A stretch of DNA of 64,000 nucleotides from an uncultured Alphaproteobacteria bacterium (lineage in GTDB: Bacteria > Pseudomonadota > Alphaproteobacteria > Micavibrionales > Micavibrionaceae), in assembly GCA_963702155.1 (NCBI GenBank), contig OY969717.1, positions 657,563-721,562 of the forward strand, written 5' to 3'. Under the pieces are notes generated by a model. It saw nothing but the letters and a program-made list of their open reading frames with translations, was not told the origin of the DNA and did not search any database. Position numbers and translations under genes: made by a program. This document shows, one piece after another, positions 21,016 to 29,060 of the stretch; the stretch's first letter is position 1, and each line of letters opens with the position of its first letter.

Positions 21016-21524
21016 ATGAAATACTCAAAATTCTTTGCCATGATTGGCACGTCAACCGTAGTTATGTTCGGTTTAATGTATCTTAAACTCATACGCGCTA
21101 GATCATGTGTTTTTCAGTGAAACGAGAACATATATGGCGATTTATATGGGCGCGGCGATGGCAGTTATTATGCTGCTTTTCATGCTCGGTATGTATAAAA
21201 ACAGAAAAACCAACATTCCTTATTTTCCTGGGAAGCGCGATTATATTTGCAGGATCTTTATATCTTGTGCGTTCGCAAATCACTGTAGATGATCAATCAT
21301 GGATGAGCGCGATGATCCCGCATCACTCGATTGCTATTTTGACCAGTGAACGCGCTAATATCGATGATGTTCGTGTCAGTGAATTAGCCGATGAAATTAT
21401 TAAGGCACAACGCCGTGAAATTAAAGAAATGCAATGGTTGCTCGATGATATTGAACAAAATGGTAAGGCCAAAACTCGAAGATGCGAAGCACGTCCAGTG
21501 CCAAAATTTGAAGGAGAATTATAA
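21016..21524 (+). pseudogene. DUF305-family protein gene with multiple frameshifts
   Basis: Three overlapping ORF pieces. MIPHHSIAILTSE...EIIKAQRREIKEMQWLL is the DUF305 signature. The N-terminal TM pieces lie in other frames. Confidence 0.6.
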
Positions 21525-21921
21525 TGAGCGAAGGTAAAAGCTGTTGCGGCTCTAAAGCAGCAAACAATGATGCATCTAAAAACAGGCAAATCTATATCGC
21601 ATGGTGACAGACAAACATATTTGTCCGTACGGCATTAAATCGAAAGACTTGCTTAGAACGGCAAGGATATGAGGTTGAAGATCATCATCTACAAAACGCG
21701 AGAAGAAACGGATGCGTTTAAAGAAAAAGCATGATGTAAAAACTACACCGCAAACCTTTATTAATGGTAAACGTATCGGCGGTCATGATGATCTTGTTGA
21801 GCATTTTGGCATCACCACAATGAAACAAGAAGGTACAACCTATCAGCCTATTATTGCCATTTTTGCTACTACATTTCTTAATGGCACTTGGCGGTTAGTT
21901 GGGCAATGACTGGGGACAATC
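21524..21921 (+). pseudogene. Glutaredoxin-like domain gene, frameshifted, probably once fused to the downstream MauE/DoxX gene
   Basis: Fragments ICPYGIKSKDLL and TTPQTFINGKRIGGHDDLVEHFG (glutaredoxin signature) lie in different frames. Confidence 0.55.
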
Positions 21922-22308
21922 GTGATCGGCTTGACGATAAAGATGTTTATTGCTATCAGTATGTGCGCTCTGGCTATTCAAAAGCTTCACGATCTTTATG
22001 CGTTTTCAAACCAATTTATCACTTACGATCTGCTGGCCATGCGGTGGGTGCGCTATGCCTATATCTATCCATTTGTGGAAATGCTGGCCGGTGTTTGCAT
22101 GATCGCAGGTGTATTCATTCCGATAGCGGCTCCGGCGGCTTTGTTCATAGGAACCATTGGTGCAGTATCCGTGTTTAAAGCTGTGTATGTAGAGAAACGC
22201 GACATCAAATGCGCTTGTGTCGGAGGAGACAGCAACGTACCGCTTGGAGCGATATCCCTAACTGAAAACCTCATGATGATGGGCATGGCGATCTGGATGC
22301 TTTTGTAA
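21922..22308 (+). CDS. MauE/DoxX-family redox-associated membrane protein
   Basis: 128-aa four-TM protein with a CACVGG motif. Full-length counterpart of the 4998..5303 fragment. Confidence 0.7.
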   Translation: MIGLTIKMFIAISMCALAIQKLHDLYAFSNQFITYDLLAMRWVRYAYIYPFVEMLAGVCMIAGVFIPIAAPAALFIGTIGAVSVFKAVYVEKRDIKCACVGGDSNVPLGAISLTENLMMMGMAIWMLL

Positions 22309-22369
22309 AAAAAGGCTTATTCCATTTAACCTCTCCCAATTCCCCGAAAAATGGTTAATATAGTGCTGC

Positions 22370-22567
22370 TATGTCGAAATGGGCATGGTCGGGCAGTAGT
22401 AGACCCGTAACAAGCGTCTGACAAAACGATATTTGTCGCTCTCTGGCTTTATGGCCGGGGGGCGGCAGCGTATGTCCAGAGCCTCGGCTTAAAGGCTGTC
22501 GCGGCTGTCTTGTTACGGTCTACTAACCTCCGGCCACCATGCCTAATAAACGGCATGGTGGTTTTTT
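22370..22567 (+). ncRNA. Candidate structured RNA (unknown class) ending in an intrinsic terminator
   Basis: 15-bp helix 22399-22414/22509-22523, with nested hairpins. Terminator CCACCATGCC/GGCATGGTGG + T6 at 22534-22567. A 5' GGCATGGT (22382-22389) can compete for ACCATGCC. Confidence 0.45.
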
Positions 22568-22599
22568 ATTAGGAGTTTTGCCGCTATGAAAACGGTAAT

Positions 22600-22830
22600 G
22601 AATAATGTAACACTATTTGTTGTGACGGGGCGTAGTAACCCCAACGAATATACGTATGGAGCGCGTGTTTGCGTAATGGCTCCTCTCTACCTTATGGTCG
22701 AGAGGACGTGCGGAATACAATACTCGCTTGCGAGGAATACGCCGTGCATCGATTCGTCGATGTTACTAACCTCTTGGCTACCAGAGGTATCTTGTCACAA
22801 TGCAATGCAGATGAGATATGCGATGGAGCT
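22600..22830 (+). other. Second densely structured segment, either a leader of the XRE gene or an independent RNA
   Basis: At least six perfect hairpins, including CATCGA-TTCG-TCGATG (22747-22762). Shares TACTAACCTC with the upstream RNA. Confidence 0.35.
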
Positions 22831-22840
22831 TAATTAAAAC

Positions 22841-23305
22841 ATGGGACAAACAAACAAAACCCAAAAAACAAAACAAGGTCCGACCGAGGAAGATGTCTAT
22901 ATCGGCATCCGGCTAAGAACCAAACGCTCTATTTTAGGGTGGTCACAGGAGAGATTGGCCAAGGCGCTTGATCTCTCTTTTCAGCAGGTGCAAAAATACG
23001 AAAACGGCACCAACCGCATATCCAGCGGAACACTCTATAAAATCTCAAAAATCCTTGATGTGCCTTTTGATTACTTTGTCTCGGGCATGGAGGAGTATCT
23101 CTTTAAAACACTGGTGGGGTTTTCGGACACGGATCAGGAGCCAATAGATGGCGCACCGTTCGCAAGGCTGGAAGATTATATGTCTGACAAGGAGATTGTC
23201 CGATTCATCAATAAATACCGTAAAATCGCGCATAACCCTAAGCATGTAAAGCTGGTCAATGAAATGATGAATACGCTGGCTAAGAGCAGTCTGGAGGGGA
23301 AATGA
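22841..23305 (+). CDS. XRE-family HTH transcriptional regulator
   Basis: IGIRLRTKRSILGWSQERLAKALDLSFQQVQKYENGTNRIS is a canonical HTH_3 domain. Confidence 0.85.
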   Translation: MGQTNKTQKTKQGPTEEDVYIGIRLRTKRSILGWSQERLAKALDLSFQQVQKYENGTNRISSGTLYKISKILDVPFDYFVSGMEEYLFKTLVGFSDTDQEPIDGAPFARLEDYMSDKEIVRFINKYRKIAHNPKHVKLVNEMMNTLAKSSLEGK

Positions 23306-23604
23306 AACGATTTTTATTTTGTGTTTTGTTATTGGCCGGCTGTACTTCGCAAACCCAATTTGAGAAAGACGCGATTGTGCGCGCAAAACAGGATCCGGAC
23401 ACGGCAGAAAGCTATTTTTTGCAGCGCATCGAAGAGGAGCAGCCGCCCATAGAACAGCAAGCGGTCTACCTATACGCCATGGGCGTGGCCAGTGAGCGCA
23501 TGGGCGATGATATCGAAGCGCTCAATAATTACCTGAGTGCGGAAGCACTGGGCTATGCTAAAGCAACACAAGCTCTGCAACGCATACGAAAAAAGATTCC
23601 ATAA
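23302..23604 (+). CDS. Small lipoprotein with a TPR-like helical repeat
   Basis: Lipobox LLLAGC after a signal peptide. Its start overlaps the XRE gene stop by 4 nt. Confidence 0.65.
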   Translation: MKRFLFCVLLLAGCTSQTQFEKDAIVRAKQDPDTAESYFLQRIEEEQPPIEQQAVYLYAMGVASERMGDDIEALNNYLSAEALGYAKATQALQRIRKKIP

Positions 23605-23621
23605 CCTCAAAATCCGGACAC

Positions 23622-23659
23622 AAAAAAAGCCCCAGACCTGCACGAGGCAAGCCTGGGGC
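23622..23659 (-). terminator. Intrinsic terminator oriented for minus-strand transcription
   Basis: Strong hairpin GCCCCAGACCTGC/GCAAGCCTGGGGC. The T-run is present only on the minus strand (A7 on plus at 23622-23628). Confidence 0.5.
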
Positions 23660-23693
23660 GTTGGAAATCTTATGTATTTTTCAATAATTGCAA

Positions 23694-23722
23694 TTGTTGC
23701 TATTGCGGCAATTGGTTAATAT
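23694..23722 (+). promoter_or_regulatory. Sigma70-like promoter candidate for the NTase cassette
   Basis: TTGTTG, 17 nt, then TAATAT. Followed by AAGGA and an ATG at 23754. Confidence 0.35.
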
Positions 23723-23753
23723 GGCAGTTAATCAAATTTTTAAGGATTTGGAC

Positions 23754-24524
23754 ATGGGGACATCATATCTTCAAAGCCTCTTGGCACAACGTAGTGCATC
23801 TGGAAGTGTTACATCAGCGGTTGATGCGGCGAACAAGCTCATACCTCTTATCAATCGATGGGGTAATGGCTATGTTGCAAATATTTCCCTGTCTGGGTCA
23901 TATGCGAAAGGTACGGCAGTCCAGGGCGGCACAGATGTCGACCTATTCATTTCATTATCCTCAAATCTCAATGACAGTCTCGCTGATATTTACAATACTT
24001 TGTATAATTGCCTAAGCCAGAACGGACATACTGCTCTTCAAAAACAAAATGTGTCCATCGGCACAACAGTGAATGGGTTTAAGGTCGATCTTGTTCCGGC
24101 GAAGAGACAAGATGCATATAGTCAGGATCATAGCCTGTATCGCCGGAAGGCAAACACATGGACAAAAACCAATGTTCAAAAACATATTGATTTGGTTTCA
24201 AGATCGGGACGTTTGAGCGAAATTCGCGTTATGAAGCTCTGGCGCAATCATAAAAATCTTGAATTCCCGTCTTTTTATCTGGAACTCTGCGTTATTGAAG
24301 CTTTAAAAGGTTATGGCCTGATATCGGGAGGAAGCGGCGATCTATCCAAAAATATTGTCCGCGTTCTAAATTATTTAAAGACGGATTTTAAAACAGCGCG
24401 GTTTCTTGATCCTGCTAATACCAATAATGTCATTTCGGGTGATATGACGCTGCAGGAAAAAACCCTTGTTGCCCAGGCTGCAGAACGATCACTCGCCGGA
24501 AGTTGGGAACAATTTATTTCATGA
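23754..24524 (+). CDS. SMODS/CD-NTase-like nucleotidyltransferase (Pol-beta fold)
   Basis: SGSYAKGTAVQGGTDVDLF (GS...DxD), a third acidic strand FKVDLVPA, then W.KTN..KH...R..K.WR and PSFYLE, as in the minimal CD-NTase/OAS-like layout. Alternative starts at 23721 and 23688. Confidence 0.7.
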   Translation: MGTSYLQSLLAQRSASGSVTSAVDAANKLIPLINRWGNGYVANISLSGSYAKGTAVQGGTDVDLFISLSSNLNDSLADIYNTLYNCLSQNGHTALQKQNVSIGTTVNGFKVDLVPAKRQDAYSQDHSLYRRKANTWTKTNVQKHIDLVSRSGRLSEIRVMKLWRNHKNLEFPSFYLELCVIEALKGYGLISGGSGDLSKNIVRVLNYLKTDFKTARFLDPANTNNVISGDMTLQEKTLVAQAAERSLAGSWEQFIS

Positions 24525-24569
24525 ACAGATTCTCTGCTCTCACATCTTCTTGCCGGATTTAACGAGGAG

Positions 24570-25238
24570 TTGTTAAACCAGCTTAAATTAGGCCGAAGCA
24601 CAACAGAACACCCCGTCTTAAAAGGCGATGCCAGTGAGTTGGCATGGCTGGATATGCTCCAAACCTATTTGCCCAAAAGATACGAGGCGCAGAGCGGTGT
24701 GGTGATCGATGCCGAAGGTGCTAAAAGCGATCAGATCGACATCATCATTTTTGATCGCCAGTATTCACCCTTTATCTTTACCAATAACGGCATTCATTAT
24801 GTTCCGGCAGAGAGCGTGTACGCCGTCTTTGAAGTGAAACAGTCTTTGAATAAAGAAAATGTCTCATACGCACAGCAAAAAATAGAATCTGTCCGGTCTT
24901 TAAGCAGAACAAGTTTGCCAGTGCCGAATATTTACGGAACGAGCAAAGCCAAAGAGCCGCATTTTATCCATGGAGGACTATTATGCCTCAATTCGGATTG
25001 GGCGCCGCCATTTGGTCAGCCTTTTGAAAAACAGATGCAGGAGGCCAATCCTGCATCAATGATCAATTTGATCTGCGTTGCTGCAGAAGGGTTTTTTGAG
25101 CTGGGCGATGATGTGCAAGCCTATCAAAAACAAAAGCCGGTTACATTATTCTTCTTTAGAGTAATCAGTCTCCTGCAACAAAAAGGCACCGCGCCGATGA
25201 TGGACATTATGGCCTATGCAAAATGGCTGGATGGTTAA
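24570..25238 (+). CDS. PD-(D/E)xK nuclease-fold protein (DUF6602-like); start codon uncertain
   Basis: SDQIDIIIFD ... VYAVFEVKQSL gives a D...(D/E)xK arrangement. The frame is open from 24525, immediately after the NTase TGA and in the same frame. The only in-frame start is TTG at 24570. Confidence 0.6.
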   Translation: MLNQLKLGRSTTEHPVLKGDASELAWLDMLQTYLPKRYEAQSGVVIDAEGAKSDQIDIIIFDRQYSPFIFTNNGIHYVPAESVYAVFEVKQSLNKENVSYAQQKIESVRSLSRTSLPVPNIYGTSKAKEPHFIHGGLLCLNSDWAPPFGQPFEKQMQEANPASMINLICVAAEGFFELGDDVQAYQKQKPVTLFFFRVISLLQQKGTAPMMDIMAYAKWLDG

Positions 25239-28200
25239 ATTCCCCCAATCAAATTTTTGTAATAAGCATGCTTCTGCATGATCTCGTCTTGCGTTAAAAG
25301 CCGCCCATGAGCATCGCCAAAGTAATACACGCTATCGCTAACGCTGGTGCCTAAATAGAGTTTTTGTGAGAAGGATGTAATTTCATCTTCGGGATTAAAT
25401 GGCATTTCTGCTATGGCGAGGGAACCATTTTCGTACAGGCGCATTTCTGTGTTGTCAGTGACCGCCAGCGTGATAATTACAGGCTTGGCTGTGTCGGTAT
25501 AAAGCCCGTTTGTAATGGTGATGTTTTTATTATCAGCATCGCGGCGTTTGTAATCAATGCGGGTCGGGTCGAGATTGCGACCGACCACCATGGCGCGATT
25601 GCCGTTAAAACCCCACATCTGGTCTTCATTGCCGTTGGCAATATGCGCGACAATCGTGATTGTCATCCCAGCCTTTGCGCCGTAATTGGATAGCAGATAA
25701 CGCAGAGTGCCGTCGGTCACGGAATTGGATTGAATGATGGGCTGGCCATTTATACCGCCCTGGGCATGATATTCCGGTCTTAGTAAAGGGTCATCTTGGC
25801 TTATATGAAAACCATTGCCGCTTTGATCGGTGAGTTGCTCCACACGACCAGAACCATCGAGCAACACCGTATCGGCATTCCAGACCGCATCTACATCACC
25901 GAACGCTTGTGGCGGCGCTGGATTATCAGATACGACGACACGCTGCCGCGCAAACGGCTGTAACGGTTTAGTATCGGCGGCATTGTTAGAGGGAAACTGG
26001 CTCGGCACCGGATAATTGAGCGGCCCATAACCCCATGTCGCTTCAACAATATCGCCATCCTCTATAAAGTCAGCCACAGCCAGATTAAACTCTGTTTCTG
26101 TGGTTTTTTGCGCGGCATATACTTCGCTTTGTTGGCCGTTGATTTCGACATACCAACCTTTGTAACGCAAATTATCAGCATCCTGCGCCAGCGTATCGCC
26201 GCCATCCAGATCAAGAGCAACCTTGATATTGCGCGTATTTTTAAGAGCTGATAACGCGGTCATAGCTGGGCCGAATACGCCCTGGGCATCACGTTTGCCA
26301 ATATAAAACGCGGCAAGATCGGCTTGCCTCTGGCCATATAAAATACGCCCAGCATCATTGAAATGCACCGTATCATCTAAAGGCTGGTCAACCGTCCAGA
26401 CCCCGGGGACAATACATGAAGCCTCTTGTGTGACTTCAATTTGGATTTCTCTAACGCGCTGCCATGCTTGCGCTGCTAGCTCGTTCGTGTCCACGCCTAG
26501 ATAATCAAGGGCAATGACGGCATTCGGGCATTTGGCTTTCATGGCCGCAAACAGCATAAGCAGTGCCTGTTTGTATTGTCCGAAATTCAGATCCACAATG
26601 CCACCATCGGTTTGGCCTTGGTTCCAGTGAATAATCTGCACATCCTCTGGGCTGTCAAAATCGGCATCGATACGGGCAACCCAACTATTATAGGCCGGGC
26701 CGTTTACGATAAGTTCGGCATCATTATTGACCCAATAATTCCCTGTATTTGAAGAACGCAACAAGCCGGATCCTCCGGTTGCGCCCTGTGAGGTTGTTAC
26801 GATATCGAAGTAATCCTTGGCGCGCGCAATATAGGCGCCATCGCCATCACCGCCATTGATTGTGGTTTGCTGTTGCATAAGGGATTGCCCAGCATAGGAA
26901 GCAAAGAGATATTCCAGCTTCGTGGTCTTTTCCCAAACTTCCTCGGCGATCACCTTGCCAACGGTTTCATTGCTGGAGAGCGAATAATGCTGTTCATCGC
27001 CTGGTATCCCTGGCTGGTCTGTTCCTTCAACAAAATAAACGCGGGAGACGTTATCAGCCACATCCTTCTGCCCGTCGATGATGGCATCATAATCAGCTTC
27101 GTCTAAGGAGATATCGGTCGACCATTCGGGCATGCCGACATTGAACCAGGGTAAGCCGGGATATTGTAAGGCCGTGCGGATTTCATAAATGAGAGCCTTT
27201 AATTCGGCGGCGTAATCATTGCGGGGAACATCATTGCCAGCATCGGATTCACCTTGCCCCCATATAATACCGGCCAACTGACCATGTTGGCGCAGCATGC
27301 TTAAGCGGTTGATGGTCGCCATAACAGAGGTGCCAAGCCCTTTAATCTTTGTGCCGCTTGTACGGTATCCGGCGCGTTCACTTTGGGTCGGCCATGTAAC
27401 GGTTGAGCCGCCGATCAAACCACTCCCATTGACGTTACAGGGAACAACGCCGATATCCTGACCCAATAAATCCACCATGTGGTTGGCAAAAAATCCGGCA
27501 TACCCGACCTCCTGAATAGAGTTTTGTAAAACAGGCAGAACGATATTTGTATCATCGGTGTACGGATCTGCATATTGTTTGACCGCACCATCATGGGCGA
27601 AGAGATACATATCACTTATATTCGGATAGACCGGAGAACCAGTGGCAATGCCAACACTGTTGGATTGCCCTAAGAACGCATAAAATTTCTTGTTCGGATC
27701 AAATGTTACACCCGTCAAAATATCTGCGTTGGATGTTAATTTGCGCCCCTGAGTTTGTGTTAAACAGTGATCGTAATAATGGAATTCATGTAAGGTTTCG
27801 GTCGACATACCAAAGCTACCACCCAACTGCGCCAAATCAACGCGGTTTAAACCAACCGGCCTAACAAAATCAGTATCAATGGAGGCATACAATGCACCGT
27901 TAACCCAGCACATCATATGGTTTTCATTCCAGCCTATGGCCACCTTAATGCGGCCACTAGCAAAACAATCCATAAAGCTGTCAAAAACCTCGTTTGTTTC
28001 ACCTTCTGTTTTACAAACAAGCCGAAAACGATCTTGTGTATCGCGCCGCTGTAAAAAAATACTATTTGTTATGTCGCCATCATCAGTCACACCAAGGTAA
28101 AGTGGACTGCCTGATAAATCATTTACATCGGAATCGGTTAGATCCAAAAACACTGTGCCTTGCGCGGCATTGAAATTGGGGATGGTTTCAACACCTTGAA

Positions 28201-28279
28201 CCGGACTTTTATTGATATAGGCCGGACGCGGAAATCGGACGCGTGGTTGCGGCGACATGCGCCCTGGTTGAATAAGCAT
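25235..28279 (-). CDS. Tail fibre / receptor-modifying protein with two SGNH (sialate O-acetylesterase-like) domains and LamG-like ends
   Basis: GQSNSVG...WGQGESD, then a second GQS...WNQGQTD...DDTVHF set. Concanavalin/LamG-like N- and C-terminal regions. Confidence 0.75.
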   Translation of the reverse strand: MLIQPGRMSPQPRVRFPRPAYINKSPVQGVETIPNFNAAQGTVFLDLTDSDVNDLSGSPLYLGVTDDGDITNSIFLQRRDTQDRFRLVCKTEGETNEVFDSFMDCFASGRIKVAIGWNENHMMCWVNGALYASIDTDFVRPVGLNRVDLAQLGGSFGMSTETLHEFHYYDHCLTQTQGRKLTSNADILTGVTFDPNKKFYAFLGQSNSVGIATGSPVYPNISDMYLFAHDGAVKQYADPYTDDTNIVLPVLQNSIQEVGYAGFFANHMVDLLGQDIGVVPCNVNGSGLIGGSTVTWPTQSERAGYRTSGTKIKGLGTSVMATINRLSMLRQHGQLAGIIWGQGESDAGNDVPRNDYAAELKALIYEIRTALQYPGLPWFNVGMPEWSTDISLDEADYDAIIDGQKDVADNVSRVYFVEGTDQPGIPGDEQHYSLSSNETVGKVIAEEVWEKTTKLEYLFASYAGQSLMQQQTTINGGDGDGAYIARAKDYFDIVTTSQGATGGSGLLRSSNTGNYWVNNDAELIVNGPAYNSWVARIDADFDSPEDVQIIHWNQGQTDGGIVDLNFGQYKQALLMLFAAMKAKCPNAVIALDYLGVDTNELAAQAWQRVREIQIEVTQEASCIVPGVWTVDQPLDDTVHFNDAGRILYGQRQADLAAFYIGKRDAQGVFGPAMTALSALKNTRNIKVALDLDGGDTLAQDADNLRYKGWYVEINGQQSEVYAAQKTTETEFNLAVADFIEDGDIVEATWGYGPLNYPVPSQFPSNNAADTKPLQPFARQRVVVSDNPAPPQAFGDVDAVWNADTVLLDGSGRVEQLTDQSGNGFHISQDDPLLRPEYHAQGGINGQPIIQSNSVTDGTLRYLLSNYGAKAGMTITIVAHIANGNEDQMWGFNGNRAMVVGRNLDPTRIDYKRRDADNKNITITNGLYTDTAKPVIITLAVTDNTEMRLYENGSLAIAEMPFNPEDEITSFSQKLYLGTSVSDSVYYFGDAHGRLLTQDEIMQKHAYYKNLIGGI

Positions 28280-28548
28280 TATTGATCCTCCGTTTTTTGC
28301 TGTAAGGCACTATTCACGGCCTGTAATTTGGATTTACAGTCTTTGTGGGCGTACCAGAGGTTGGTATAGTTTTCGGCGATATCGCGCTGGGTCATATCCT
28401 CGCCTGGATAATCCGGCGCATCCTTACAATCCCGAAGCGATTGCGGGATGTCTGGCTCAATCACCTTAATCTGTGTTTGTGGTGCGCCCGTACAGGCGGT
28501 CAATAGTGCCGCGCAGCACAGGAGCGGCAGGTGCATCTTCCTCATCAC
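28279..28548 (-). CDS. o-spanin-like outer-membrane lipoprotein
   Basis: 89 aa with lipobox LLTAC. Its 5' end overlaps the i-spanin 3' end. Confidence 0.65.
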   Translation of the reverse strand: MMRKMHLPLLCCAALLTACTGAPQTQIKVIEPDIPQSLRDCKDAPDYPGEDMTQRDIAENYTNLWYAHKDCKSKLQAVNSALQQKTEDQ

Positions 28549-28831
28549 TGGCTCCTTTTATACGGCCTAAAAGCCGCTCTTGGTTTTTGGCGCGGGTGAT
28601 TTCCCGCATGGATTCTTCCTCCAAGGCTTTGATCTTTGCGGCGGCATCACTTTGAAGCGTGGCAAGGCTGGATTCATAGGAGGCAATGGTGGCTTCAGAG
28701 GCGCGAAGTTTTTGCGTGAGCGTGTCAATGCGGTGGCTCTGATATGTGATCCAGCCTAAAAACACTGCCATCGCTAAAAAGCTGACGACAGGACGCCAAT
28801 ATTTAATCGCGAGATTGATCAAGACGCTCAT
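28466..28831 (-). CDS. i-spanin-like protein
   Basis: Start MSVLINL at 28831. N-terminal TM helix followed by a coiled coil. Confidence 0.65.
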   Translation of the reverse strand: MSVLINLAIKYWRPVVSFLAMAVFLGWITYQSHRIDTLTQKLRASEATIASYESSLATLQSDAAAKIKALEEESMREITRAKNQERLLGRIKGASDEEDAPAAPVLRGTIDRLYGRTTNTD

Positions 28832-29060
28832 TTTGGCCTCCTTTGGTTCTGATATGTGCGGAATACAAATACGCCCCAATCGGCCCCGATGCTAAAATGC
28901 CGATATAGGTCAGCACCGCTTTAAGCAGACTAATATCGGCACCGCCATAGAGCTGATAAAAAATCAGCACATGCGGCAAAATTACAAAGGCATAAATGGC
29001 CGTCCAAATCGCAAGCGTTCGGCGCACCTTTATGGGATCGTTAGTATCGGGTGTGATCAT
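28803..29060 (-). CDS. Holin candidate (two TM helices)
   Basis: Start MITPDTND at 29060 after GGAGG. Two hydrophobic helices and a charged C-terminus. Confidence 0.55.
   Translation of the reverse strand: MITPDTNDPIKVRRTLAIWTAIYAFVILPHVLIFYQLYGGADISLLKAVLTYIGILASGPIGAYLYSAHIRTKGGQNERLDQSRD

Noticed and set aside
22586-22837. 83-codon ORF with an AGGAG upstream
   Set aside because: It is not annotated as a CDS because the region is packed with perfect hairpins and the product is Cys-rich and unlike known proteins. It is kept as an open question in the findings.
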